Shown here: positions 25,591 to 38,012 of the stretch, piece after piece | Numbering within the stretch: the stretch's first letter is position 1 | How the letters are laid out: every line of letters begins with the position of its first letter | Source: Octopus vulgaris | Lineage: Eukaryota | Assembly (NCBI GenBank): GCA_951406725.2 | Contig: OX597834.1 | Coordinates: 46,810,001 to 46,874,000 of the forward strand | Direction: 5' to 3' | DNA length: 64,000 nt | Program-made: the position numbers and the translations under genes | The notes under the pieces: model-generated | What the model was told of the DNA's origin: nothing | Seen by the model: only the letters and a program-made list of their open reading frames with translations | Databases searched by the model: none

Positions 25591-26225
25591 ATTTGGGAGC
25601 ATTATTTAATGGAAGTTACTTGCTAAAGGTTTTATAGTTTTCCCTTCTCCCTTTATTCATTTTTCCTCCCACCCCCAAAGTCTAAATACTGTGGTATTAG
25701 GTGGTGGTGGTCTTCATGGGGTGGATTTGTTTCCGTAATCATTGATTGGTTGTTGGTCAGGTTTGGGTTAGGTTCAGGTTAGGTTTGGCAGATACACAAA
25801 CTCTTTGAACATTACCGAAAGTTAATCCGGTTACAACAGCAGTATCTATATAAAACAATAATGTTTGTTTGTTTGTTGGTTTGTTTGGTATAGAACATTG
25901 CTCAAGTAATACGCTTCCGATGGATTAGTGCTTCTCTGACATGTAACAAGCTTTTTTTCTGATGCACCAATTTCTTGGAATACCATGACAACTGCTGCTA
26001 CCACTGCCACTATCACCACAGTTGTTGTTGTTGTTGTTGCCATCCATCATCATCATGATGTTTGATTTTGGATGCTGGCATTGGTTAGATGAGTCTGTGT
26101 CAACATTACTACACTGTAACATCTGACTCTCACATTCACCTTTTCTTTCTGTGCATGTGTGTGTGTATGCATAACATATATATGTATATATATATCATCA
26201 TCATCATCATCATCGTTTAACGTCC

Positions 26226-26278
<53 letters not shown>

Positions 26279-26282
<4 letters not shown>

Positions 26283-26737
26283 GCTCTAATATCTATACAG
26301 CCTTGGTTTTTTTATCTCATTACACAAAAAATTCATATATATATATATATATATGATTTTTGTGTAATGAGATAATAATAATAATATCCCTTCATCGGAG
26401 ATGGTGTGAGAGGAAAAATTAAGTCATAGTTAGTTTCGTTGTGATACAAATAGAAAGTGAGGTGGAGGAAAGAAAATAGATGTAAGATATGTATGGTTAT
26501 TGAGTTCATAAAACCGTTTTATTGGCATAATGGTATATATGTGTAATATTCCAATATCCTTTGCGTAAAATCCGAAAGTCCCTCAGAGTTAACTTTTCCT
26601 CTCACACCGTCTCCGATGAAGGGATATTATTATTAATTAATATTCTAGAAACAGCTGTAAGACCTTCTATCTATAAATGCTCTAATATCTATACAGCCTT
26701 GGTTTTTTTTATCTCATTATGCAAAAAATTCATATAT
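26279..26737. mobile_element. Penelope-type terminal repeat complex (direct plus inverted copies) with hammerhead
   Basis: ~60-bp direct repeat (26279-26338, 26675-26737); inverted segment 26374-26422 vs 26589-26635. Confidence 0.7.
26609..26663 (+). ncRNA. Minimal hammerhead motif (CCGAUGA core variant)
   Basis: GTCT-CCGATGA-A-GGGATATTA...TAATATTCT-A-GAAAC-AGCT-GTA-AGAC. Confidence 0.7.
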
Positions 26738-26821
26738 ACACACGTTGACATAGAAGCAACATTGAACCCTTTATTCGCAATATTACCGAATCTGGAACTT
26801 AACTATGGTCTGTCTATAGCA

Positions 26822-27300
26822 CTTTAAGTTAAGTTAATTTTTTGGCTCAAAAAGCAAAAAGCAAGGCCATGTAGGGGGACATGGAGTTATGTACAGGGTG
26901 GTGTTCATGCAAAGAGTTCAGGCCATTTGTGGTCAAGGGAGACTTTGAACCGAGCAGTCGTCGGCATCTTCACTGTCTCGTCCGGCAGCTTATTCCACGG
27001 ATCCACAACCCGGACGGAGAAAGCCCCTCTCCTTCGATTGAGATGAAATCGTCGCAGATAGAGCTTTTCGGAATGACCCCTCAGCTAACGTTCTGGAGCA
27101 GGAGTGAAGAACAGCTCGTTCGAGAGGTTACAGTTTCCGCTTATGATGTGAGCAAGAATGAGATCACCACAGCGTCGTTGTTTTTCTAGAGAATAAAGGT
27201 CGAGCATCTTCAGCCTTTCTTCATAAGACAAATGCTTGAGACCAAGAACCATGCGGGTAGCCAGCTTCTGGACTCTTTCGAGATGATGTATGTCTTATTC
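26822..27300 (-). mobile_element. CR1-clade LINE 3' fragment
   Basis: LERVQKLATRMV..LSYEERLKMLDLYSLE and FSVRVVDPWNKLP; (TTAAC)n tail. Confidence 0.9.
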
Positions 27301-27342
27301 AGCATTACCTGATACCTTTGGATCTCAATGACACCATTATCT

Positions 27343-27389
<47 letters not shown>

Positions 27390-27404
27390 TATTCTATTCT
27401 TTTT

Positions 27405-28245
27405 CTTTCTTTTATTTTTTTACTTGTTTCAGTCATTTGACTGCGGCCATGCTGGAGCACTGCATTTAGTCAAATAAATTGACCCCAGGACTTATTCTTT
27501 GTTAGCTTAGTACTTATTCTATCGATCTCTTTTGCTGAACCGCTAAGTTATGGGAATGTAAACACACCAGGATCGGTTGTCAAGTGATGTTGGGGGTGCA
27601 AACACACACACACACAACACACACACATGCACACACGCACACACACACACACACATATATATATAGGAGTGGCTGTGTGGTAAGTAGCTTGCTAACCAGC
27701 CACATGGTTCCGGGTTCAGTCCCACTGCGTGGCATCTTGGGCAAGTGTCTTCTGCTATAGCCCCGGGCCAACCAATGCCTTGTGAGTGGATTTGGTAGAC
27801 GGAAACTGAAAGAAGCCTGTCGTATATATGTATATATATATATATATTTATGTGTGTGTGTGTGTCTGTGTCTGTCTTTGTCCCCCTAGCATTGCTTGAC
27901 AACCGATGCTGGTGTGTTTATGTCCCCGTCACTTAGCGGTTCGGCAAAAGAGACCGATAGAATAAGTACTGGGCTTACAAAGAATAAGTCCCGGGGTCGA
28001 TTTGCTCGACTAAAGGCGGTGCTCCAGCATGGCCACAGTCAAATGACTGAAACAAGTAAAAGAGTAAAAGAGAGTAATATATATATATATATATATACGA
28101 TGGGCATCTTTCAGTTTCCATCTACCAAATCCACTCACACGGCTTTGGTCAGCCCGAGGCTATAGTAGAAGACACTTGCCCAAGGTGCCACGCAATGGGA
28201 CTGAACCTGGAACCATGCTACTTACCACACAGCCACTCCTACGCC
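27405..28245. mobile_element. Minus-strand SINE B with a plus-strand SINE B (27666-28075) inserted in its microsatellite
   Basis: Tail half 27405-27640 (-), full copy (+), head half 28097-28245 (-). Confidence 0.85.
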
Positions 28246-28760
28246 TATATATATATAAGAATTTTAATACAAGAAGATGGAATGAACAGGCTATATTAAA
28301 AATCACTACAGTTGTTTTGGTGCATCAGTATCAGTTGGTAATAGGTGAATGTTACAAGGGAACACTATATGTGACATTTGGCAATTACCAGCTGGCACTG
28401 ATGCATGGAAACAATTGTAGGGATGTGTAATAAAGCCAGTCCATTTCATCTTCATGTATTAAAATTCTTTTGTATATACGATACAGATACTTGTGGATTT
28501 CCATATGTATATCTAGTAAAAGGTGAAGTCTTACTGTATGATAGCATCTGCTAACCAGTAACCAAAGAGGAGCTTTGGGAAGCATGCTATATGGTTATTA
28601 CCCAGGCATGGCTGTCTGGTAAGAAGCTTGCTTGTCAACCACATGGTTCTGGGTTCAGTCCTACTGCATGACACCTTGGGTAAGTGTCTTCTACCATAGC
28701 CTTGGGCTGACCAAAGCCCTGTGAGTGGGTTTAGTAGATGGAAACTGAAAAGAGCCCATC

Positions 28761-28798
<38 letters not shown>

Positions 28799-28879
28799 AC
28801 ACACACACACATACATATATATATACACATACATATATATATATACACATACATATATACACACACACACATCATCCTC

Positions 28880-30820
28880 ATCATCATCTTCGTTTAACGT
28901 TCGTTTTCCATGCTAGCATGGTTTGGACGGTCCGACCGGGGTCTGGGAAGCCAGGAGTCTGCACCAGGCTCCAGTCTGATCTGGCAGTGTTTCTACAGTT
29001 GGATGTCCTTCCTAACGCCACCACCCCGTGAGTGTAGTGGGTGCATTTTATGTGCCACCAGCACAGGTACCAGGGGAGGCTGGCAACGGCTATGATCAGT
29101 TGGTGCTTTTTACGTGCCACAGGCACAGAAGCCAGTCAAGGCAGCATTGACATCGACCACGTATGGATGGTGCTTTGTACGTGCCACCAGCACAGGTGCC
29201 AGGGGAGGGTGGAAACAGATACGTTCGGTTGGTGCTGGTGCTACAATTTCCATTTGATTTTTGATGTTGATGTACTTGACTCAATAGGTCTCCTCAAGCA
29301 CAGCAGGTCGCCCTACGATACAAGGTAAGTACAGAAGGCCGTCCTGTGATCCGAGCTTCTATGTGAAGCTGGTGAAGGAAACAGCCATGAACTCACATTC
29401 TTTGTTGGGTCTTTGCAGTCACAGCATATCTCCAGAGGTCTTGGCCTTTCGTCATTGCCTCTGTGAGACCCAATGTTCGAAGGTCATTCTTGACCGCCTC
29501 ATCCCATGTCTTCCTGGGTCTACCTCTACCCCGGATTCCTTCAACTGTTTGGTAGTGACACTTCTTCACACATCTCTCCTCATCCATCCATAGTACATAA
29601 CCATACCAGCACAAACATCTCTCTTGCACGCCACATCCAATGCTTCTTATGTCCAGCATTTCTCTCAGGGCTCTTACACTCTGTCGTGTATGCACACTGA
29701 CATTACACATCCAGCAGATCATGCTAGCTTCATTTCTTTCAAGCCTTCGCATGTCCTCTGCAGTCACAGCCCATGTTTCACTACTGTGAAGCATGGCAGT
29801 TTGCACACATATGTCGTACAATTTACCTTTCACTCTAAGTGAGAGACCCTTTGTCACCAGTAGGGGTAGGAGCTTTCTAAACTTTGCCCAGGCTATTCTT
29901 ATTCTAGTGATAATACTCTCTGAGCATCCATCCCCACTACTAACTTGGTCGCCTAGGTAGTGGAAACTATCAACTACTTCTAGTTTATTCCCCTGGAGTG
30001 TGATGGAATCTGTTTTCTGAGTATCCGTGGTGTCTATTGCCCCAGTGCATCTGCCGCACACAAAAGCTATCTTCTCAGTTAATTTTCCTTTGATGGTGCT
30101 GCACCTTTTATGTGTCCATAGCTTATACTGGGTACATCTTATGGAGTTTCTCCCTACACCTTTTCTACAGATCGAGCAGAGCCACCTACCTGAAAGGGTG
30201 TGTGGTGAGTTTGCCTTCCTACTTACTATAACTTTGGTCTTTGCTACATTTACTCTGAGGCCTTTTGATTCTAAACCTAGCTTCCACACCCGACATTTCT
30301 TTTCTAGTTCCAGTAGTGATTCAGCTATGAGGGCCAGGTCATCAGCATAGAGGAGCTTTCAGAGGCAACCCGTCTTGAATTCCTCTATTATTGCCTGGAG
30401 GACTATGATGAATAAAAGGGGACTGAGGGCCAAACCTTGGTGGATCCCTACCTCTACCCGGAATTCTTCACTATACTCATTGCCAATTCTAACCTTGCTG
30501 ATGGCATCTCTGTATAGGGCCTGTACAGCCCTTATTAACCATTCGTCAATCTCCAGTTTCTGCATCGCCCACCAGATAAGGGATCGGGGGACCCTGTCAA
30601 AGGCTTTCTCCAAGTCCACGAAAGCTATGTAGAGGGGTTTATCTTTAGCTAGGTATTTCTCCTGCAGTTGTCGAACCAGGAATATGGCATCAGTGGTGCT
30701 TCTACCCAGCACAAAACCAAACTGCGTCTCATCTAAGCAAACTCTCTCCCTAACGAGATGGGCTATGACCCTCTCTGTGACCTTCATCACCTGATCCAAC
30801 AGTTTAATACCCTTGTAGTT
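28880..30820 (-). mobile_element. 5'-truncated RTE LINE with RT domain (disrupted)
   Basis: NYKGIKLL, QFGFV..RSTTDAIF, FVDLEKAFDRVP, GIHQG..LSPLLF, LLYADDL, then C-terminal RGRGRPRKTW; 3' UTR and (GAT)n tail. Confidence 0.95.
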
Positions 30821-30825
30821 ATGTG

Positions 30826-30871
<46 letters not shown>

Positions 30872-30883
30872 AACACACATATC

Positions 30884-30915
<32 letters not shown>

Positions 30916-30920
30916 TACAC

Positions 30921-30951
<31 letters not shown>

Positions 30952-31389
30952 TTTATATGTATGCATATATCTATGTGTGTATTTGTGTCAGTTTGTCACC
31001 CCATCACTGCTTGGCAACCAGTGTTGGTGTGTTTACTTCCTTGTAACTTAGTGGTTCAGCACAAGAGAGCCCCCACCTTCCCCAGTGGGCTGAAAGGCAG
31101 TGTTAGCCCAAGCAGGATTTGAACTCCGAACATAAAGGGCCAGAACAAGTACTACAAGGTGCAGCACTTTTTACCTATTACCCTATCTGTTTCTCCTTCA
31201 TGCCCTGGCACTTCAGACTTTGTATGATCCTTCTTCTCCTCAACTCCCACCTTCCTAGAACCCGTCCTCATTCACATTTTGCTTCGTTTTGCTTTCCCTC
31301 CCTCTTGTTACAGACACTGCCTTATAGATGTTCAAACTCGGTTGAATATCAACCTGCCGTCCCCCCCCCCCCCCCGCGCCTCATCATAG

Positions 31390-31410
31390 ATTACATCTGG
31401 AAGTCTGGAA
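31390..31410 (+). CDS. Candidate 21-nt microexon 1 (ITSGSLE)
   Basis: CATAG|ATTACATCTGGAAGTCTGGAA|GTAAGA with upstream C-tract. Confidence 0.4.
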
Positions 31411-31531
31411 GTAAGACATGCAAACGTCAGGGCCACTGTCCCTCCTTCCTAAACAAATAAACAAGGGAAAGAGAAGACAGTTTAACAGTCGAGAGCAGGT
31501 AACATATATGCTCTTACAAACCACATCATAG

Positions 31532-31552
31532 GTTGCACCTGGAAGTCTGGAT
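31532..31552 (+). CDS. Candidate 21-nt microexon 2 (VAPGSLD)
   Basis: CATAG|GTTGCACCTGGAAGTCTGGAT|GTAAGA; paralogue of 31390-31410. Confidence 0.4.
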
Positions 31553-31799
31553 GTAAGACATGCAAAGGTCAGGAGCCCTGTCTCTCCCTCCCAAAGACAC
31601 ACACCCACACACAAAACAACACAGTTTATCAATTGAAGGTGAGTTCACCAATCATGTTAAGTAAAAAAAATAATAGAATAACATGATTTGTTACTAAAAA
31701 GAAACATCAGCTCTAGGGAGGGGGCGGGGTGAATGATAGTTTGATGGGGGTGGTGGAAGTAGAGCGGTAGTTGTATGGTGTTGGCGGCAAAGGGGATGG

Positions 31800-32265
31800 A
31801 TCATGATGGTGGTGGTTGTGGTGGTGGTGGTCATAGTAATGAAGGAGGTATTGATAGTGCTATGATGGCACTGATGCTGGTGGTGGTAGAAGTGGTGGCG
31901 GTGGCAGCAGTGGTCGTGGTCGTCATAATAATTGTAGTATTTATGGTAGTGGCGGTAGTAAGATGGGGGCGATGAGATGTTAGTATGTGTGCAGGTATCA
32001 TACGTGGTGGTGTTCTTCATGTTCTTGGTGGTGGTGGTGGTGGTGGTGATGATGGCAACAGAATTAGTGTTAGTGGCGATGCTGACGGTGATGGTGGTAG
32101 TGGTGGTAGAGGTAGTAGTCGTGATGGTAATAATGGCAAAAGTGGTGAAGGTGGTAGTGGTATTTGTGATGGTGGCAATGGCAGTGGTGGTGGGGGTGAT
32201 GTAGCACTGGTGTTGAAGGTTAGAGGGCAGCAGTAGCAGTGATGGAAGTGGTGGTGGTGGTGGCG
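31800..32265. repeat. Degenerate (GGT/GAT)n trinucleotide tract
   Basis: Direct inspection. Confidence 0.9.
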
Positions 32266-33559
32266 TAGTATGGTGTTACAACCATAGGGGTGGGGGACGA
32301 AGGTGGCTGGATGTCATTGCAGGTGTAGCCAGGAGTACAAGGCTCCCTTTACTTGCAAGTTAACACCTGTAATTATTCACACGCAATTACCTGAGGCTAA
32401 GGAGGATTGTGGGACATACACTCTGTCTGTCCCTCATCTTTCACACTGTCTCCCTCTCTTTTAGTCTCTTACTCTTTCTCCTCTCCTCCCCCCTCTCTCT
32501 GGTTCTCTTATTAGTTACTACAATAGCTAAGCATCTTGTTACATGTGCTTATGTTGTTGTTGTTGTTGTTACTGTTATTGCCTATTGTTTGTTGCTGTTG
32601 TCCTCTGTTATTCAATTGTTTAAAAGTTGTTTGCTACTGTTGTTGTTGTTGTTCTTGTCTATTGTTTTTTCAAGTTCTGTATTGTTGTTGTTGCCATTGC
32701 TACTGATCATTATGCCGATGATTATAGCAATGATGATGATGATGATGCCGTTGTTCCCCACACTCTACCCTCACCTTGCACTTCCACTCCACTTATGTGG
32801 CACTGTTGTAACACAACCTGCATTCAGACAAACCCAATGGCTGCTACTGATGATAATGATGGTGGTGGCCGTCTTCTTTCACTCCATTCCTCCTCTTCCT
32901 CCTCTTTATCATCATCATCTCATGCATTCAGACGGAATCATATTTCATTTCTTCAACATTTGTACTTTTACTATATCAGTGTATATATCTGTATAAACTT
33001 ATATGTATATGCAGGTACATATATGTATCTGTACATGTGTGTGCATATGCATGTGTGTATATACATACATACATACATACACACTGATACAGGTAAAAAA
33101 AAATATGCCTCTATAATATGTCTGTATATATATATGTGTGTGTGTGTGTGTATGCATCTATCTACACACACAACTCATCACTGCCACCATCTCTCCTTTC
33201 CAAGCTGGAATAGCTATGTATCTCTGCAGCAAGACATCTGCTGTTCCTATTCCTCTATCATATTTATGCCTCCTAGCACCTAGCATAAGCCACCCTCCTC
33301 AATTTTATACCGACCCCCTTAATCAAGGGGTCTTGTCTCACAAGCTACTTAGCAACCTCACTAGTGCTGGTGTCAAGAAAACACACCCTAGTACCCTTTG
33401 TAAAATGTTTGGCATTAGGAAGGGCATCCAGCCTTAGAAATATTGACAAAATAGACATTGGTGCTCAAGGCATTTCTCACACCTGTCCATTCTTGTCAAA
33501 TCCTTTAATGAATGGCGACATGGATGGAATACAGACATTAAATGTTGATGATGATACAT

Positions 33560-33597
<38 letters not shown>

Positions 33598-33599
33598 GT

Positions 33600-34370
33600 G
33601 CATTATGCTCTACTTGAGAAGAAGACCCATTAAGCCAAGTAAAATTACAGTTGTGGAAGATACCGGTGTCACAGAAATGGCACCCATGCCAGTGGCACAT
33701 AGAACCACCTTTTGAGCATTGGGCCTCATAGAGGCACGGACCGAGACCGAGCTCCTTTCGAATGTTGGGCCTCACAGAAGCAATGACCAAGACCTTTGGC
33801 ATTATAAGTACCTTTCAAGCGTTGGGCCTCATAGAGGCAAGGACCGAGACCAAGCTCCTTTCGAATGTTGGGCCTCACAGAAGCAATGACCAAGACCTTT
33901 GGCATTATGTTGTGCTTGGGAGGAAGACCCATCAACCAAGTAAAATTGCATTTGTGACATGCTGATGTCACGCAAATGGCACCCATGCCGGTGGAACATA
34001 AAAGCATTGGGCCTCACGGAGGCAAGGACCGAGATCATTTGGCATTATGCCAGGCTTCAAGTGTTGGGCCTCATGAAGGCATTGACCAAGTCCATTTGGC
34101 ATTATGCCTTGCTTGAGAAGAAGACCCATCAAGCCAAGTAAAACCACAGTCGTGGTAGTTACCAGTGTCACATAAATGGCACCCATGCCAGTGGCATGTA
34201 AAAGCACCCATTACACTCTCAGAATGGTTAGTGTTAGGAAGGGCATCCAGCTGTAGAAACCATGCCAAACCAGACTGGAGCCTGCTGCAGCCTTCCAGCT
34301 TGCCATCCCTGGTAAAACCGTTCAACCCATACCAGCATGGACAACGGATGTTAAATGATGACGATGATGG
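33600..34370 (+). mobile_element. RTE 3' end with reiterated ORF-terminal modules
   Basis: Repeated TTGGGCCTCA.AGA.GCAA.GACC modules followed by the standard RTE tail. Confidence 0.8.
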
Positions 34371-34377
34371 TAATATA

Positions 34378-35795
34378 GGTTCAGGTGTTGCTTACCAGTC
34401 ACATGGTTCCAAGTTCAGTCCCACTGCATGGCACCTTGGGCAAGTGTCTTCTATAGCCTTGGGCCAACCAAAGCCTTGTGTAGATGGAAACTGAAAGAAG
34501 CCTGTTGTATGTATGTATGTATATATGTGTGTGTGTCTTTACCCCCCACCACCACTGCCACTTGACAACTGGCGTTGGTGTGTTTACATTGCTGTAACTT
34601 TGTGGTTCAGCAAAAAGATTGCTACAATAAATATCAGGCTTTAGGAAAATAAACAAAGTATTGAGGCTGATTTGCTTAACTGAAATTCTTCAATTTAATC
34701 ACTGAAACAAATAAAAAATAGAAAAAACATATACGTGTACTAATCCTGCAAAGACACACATAGCCTTTTATTCGTTCTGGTGTTGATAAAGTAAAGCATA
34801 CCAAACAAAATATTGAGAAGTATTTCTCTGAGGTTTACGTTCTGAGTTCAGGGGCTGCCGAGGTTGAATTTGCCTTTTCCTTTTTTTCAGGGTCAATAAA
34901 ATAAGTACCAAAAGGTGGTGAGCTGGCAGAAACATTAGCACACCGGGCGAAATGCTTAGCAGCATTTCGTCTGTCTCTATTGTCTGAGTTCAAATTCTGC
35001 TGAGGTCGACTTTGCTTTTCATCCTTTCGGGGTTAATAAATCAAGTACCAGTTGCATACTGGGGTCAATCTAATCGACTAGCCCCCTCCTCAAAAATTTC
35101 AGGCCTTGTGCCTAGAGTAGAAGAGAATAAAATATGTACCATTTTCATTCCATGGAATCAACTAAGCCCCTTCCCTAAACAAAAGTTGCCAGTCTTGAGC
35201 TAGAATTAGAGAGAATTATTATTATTATTTTTACTCTCATTAAGGTGGTGACTTGGCAGAATTATTAGCTTGCCAGGCAAAATGCTTTACAGTGTTTCGT
35301 CTGTCTTCACATTCTGACTTCAACTTCCACCGATATTACCCCATTAATTCTGCTCATGATCAGAGATGCACATATTGTCAGCCTCTAAGGGACATGCTCA
35401 ACTGGTTAAGATCAAACAACTGACAAGCAAATCTGTGGTATTGAGCAGAATATTTGCTGTTGCCAGTCCTTTACACCAAGACAAATCATGTACATGATAA
35501 TACTTCCAACCAGTTCAACCTTGAGGGCCACTGCCTGATACTGCATCAGGGCAGTTATTATTATTATTTTTTTTTTTTTCAAGGCAGTGAGCTGGCAGAA
35601 TCATTAGAGTACCAGACAAAATACTTAATGCTATTTTGCCTGTCACTACATTCTGAGTTCAAACTCCATAGAGATCAACTTTGCTTTCCATTCTTTCAGA
35701 GTCAATAAAATAAGTACCAGTTGAACACTGGGGTCGATGTAATCAACTCATCCCTCACCTAAAATTGCTCCCCTTGTGGCAAAATTTGAAACCAT
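34378..35795 (+). mobile_element. SINE B (34378-34720) followed by several SINE A copies
   Basis: Family-diagnostic heads and cores. Confidence 0.75.
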
Positions 35796-35829
35796 TATTA
35801 TTATTATTACTACTACTACTTTGGTAAGT

Positions 35830-36160
35830 GAAGGTGCATGGCTCAGTGGTTAGAGCATCGAGCTTACAATCGCGTGGTTATGAGTTCGATTCCCGGACCA
35901 GGCTGCATGTTGTGTTCTTTAGCAAGACACTGTATTTCACGTTGCTCCAGTTAACTCAGTTGTAGAAATGAGTTGCAAGGTCACTAGTGCCAATCTGTAT
36001 CAGCCCCTTTGCCTTTCCCTTGGATAACATCGGTGTTGTGGAGAGGGGAGGCTGGTATGCATGGACGACTGCTGGCCTTCCATAAACTTGCCCGGTCTTG
36101 TACCTCAGAGGGTAACTTTCTAGGTGCAGCCCCATGGTCATTCATGACCGAAGGGGGTCT
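35830..36160 (+). mobile_element. SINE C-type variant with a different 3' body
   Basis: TGGCTCAGTGG / GAGTTCGATTCC boxes; related copy at 45225-45585 (-). Confidence 0.8.
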
Positions 36161-36199
36161 CCCTGCACTTTGGTGAAAACTCTTAGCTTATTTTTCTGG

Positions 36200-36680
36200 G
36201 TATGATGGCAAGTGTCAGCTGTCTATGGCCGGCAGACTAAGGCAACAATTACAGCTTCAAGAACTCTGTGGAAAACTCTTGCAGTTCCAAGCAATGATGA
36301 TTTTTGTAGGTGTTCTATTTTTACATTTGTACCAATCTTTCTAGGCTGTGTTGGCAGTTGAGCGCTGACACTTCCAAACACACCAATCACCATTAGTATC
36401 ATATTGACTCTCTTCATTGCACACAACCTGTGTATTTTCCATTTCAGTTCATCATAGTTGTTCACTTTTTCTTCTTTCTCTTCGATCCTGTTGTCGTCAA
36501 AACATACTCTGTCGAGTATCCAGACGTGTTTTAACACAACAATGTCAGGCTTCTAATGTCTAATCTAATGGCAACACTGAAGCATTGCATCCCACAGGAT
36601 TTTGCAGTTTTTATTCTCATCTCCTCCCTCTGGGATTTGGTCATACCATGTCCTTGATCTTTCTAGGCCAAACTTATTAT
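36200..36680 (-). mobile_element. RLE-type (R4/Dong-like) LINE 3' fragment
   Basis: EKEEKVNNYDELKWKI...VIGVFGSV...LQKSSLLGTARV. Confidence 0.8.
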
Positions 36681-36684
36681 TGGT

Positions 36685-37022
36685 CAGTCCTTGAAATTAA
36701 GGGTGGAGAGGTAAGTGTTACTTCTAGCTAGTTTACTGAAAGGTGGATGAGAGTGGCAAGAATGATGTGAGTGAACAGGCCTACCTTGAACATATTGTCT
36801 GTAATCAGAGGAGAAGAAATGAGAAAAAGAAACCTGTCCCAGAAGTCAGGGCACCCATGGTTTTATGGGGGGTTTTCCATGAGGAGCTGTTGAATATCTC
36901 CAAACCTGTTTACATGCCAAACCCTCACAACACACATACACACACACACTTTCTTTGGATTTGTCCTGTATTGTCCATAATGTTTTTCTTAATGTGAACC
37001 CTTTGTGGTCAATAAAGAAACC
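36685..37022 (+). mobile_element. Tx1/L1 3' fragment ending in (ATT)n
   Basis: LKLRVER, ERWMRVARM remnants; end CCCTTTGTGGTCAATAAAGAAACC-ATTATT. Confidence 0.6.
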
Positions 37023-37042
37023 ATTATTATTACAATTATTAT

Positions 37043-37254
37043 AAGGCAGTGAGCTGGTAGAATCGTTAGCACACCAGACAAAATACTTACTGGCATTTCA
37101 TCTGTCTTCACATTCTGAATGCAAATTCCACAAGGTCAGCTTTGTCTTTTACTCTTCTGGGGTCAATAAGTACCAGTTGAATACTGGGGTTGATGTAATC
37201 GGCTTATCCCTTGCCCTGAACTTGCTGGCCGTGTACTAAAATTTGAAACCATCA

Positions 37255-37300
<46 letters not shown>

Positions 37301-37520
37301 CAGGCAGTGAGCTGGCAGGGTTATTAGCATGGCAGACAAAATGCTTTGTGGCATATCGTCCATCTTCTTATTCTCTGTTCAAATTCTGTTGTGATTGACT
37401 ATGCCTTTTATCTTTTCGAGATCAATGAATTTGGTTATCAATCAAGAACAGGGAATCAATGTTATTAGCTTACCTCCTTCTCTAAAATTTCAGGCATTGT
37501 GCCTATAGTAGACAGGATTA
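37043..37520 (+). mobile_element. Two SINE A copies in (ATT)n
   Basis: Family A heads and cores. Confidence 0.8.
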
Positions 37521-37527
37521 TCATCAC

Positions 37528-37572
<45 letters not shown>

Positions 37573-37891
37573 TATTATTTAGCTCCAGGTCATTCTTGAC
37601 CAAGCAGACTTGTGACCAAAGGCACACCATTCTCTCTACTATGTTGCTTTTATTTGATGACAACATAGTTTCAGAAGCATTTGGCATCTATTTTCAGCTA
37701 GTCAAAAAGGTACCTAGAGGCTACCTCACTGCCCTTGAATAAAATACCAGTAATATAACAGTGTTGATTTAGTGTCAGCTGTACCTACTTCCCCCTTCCC
37801 TCCCTTTCTGTATTTGGTCTGGTGTCCCTGTGAGAAACAATTATTTTTCCTAGACTGCAATAACTAGATAATATATAATGCTCTGTGTTTG

Positions 37892-37961
<70 letters not shown>

Positions 37962-37969
37962 CACACATA

Positions 37970-38012
<43 letters not shown>

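Noticed and set aside
31381-31575. C/D box snoRNA reading of the duplicated unit (ATGATGA and CTGA on the minus strand)
   Set aside because: Boxes are in the wrong order within each unit and there is no terminal stem.
32409-33283. Hydrophobic 195-aa and 218-aa ORFs resembling membrane proteins
   Set aside because: Built from (GTT)n, (GAT)n and (CT)n low-complexity tracts.
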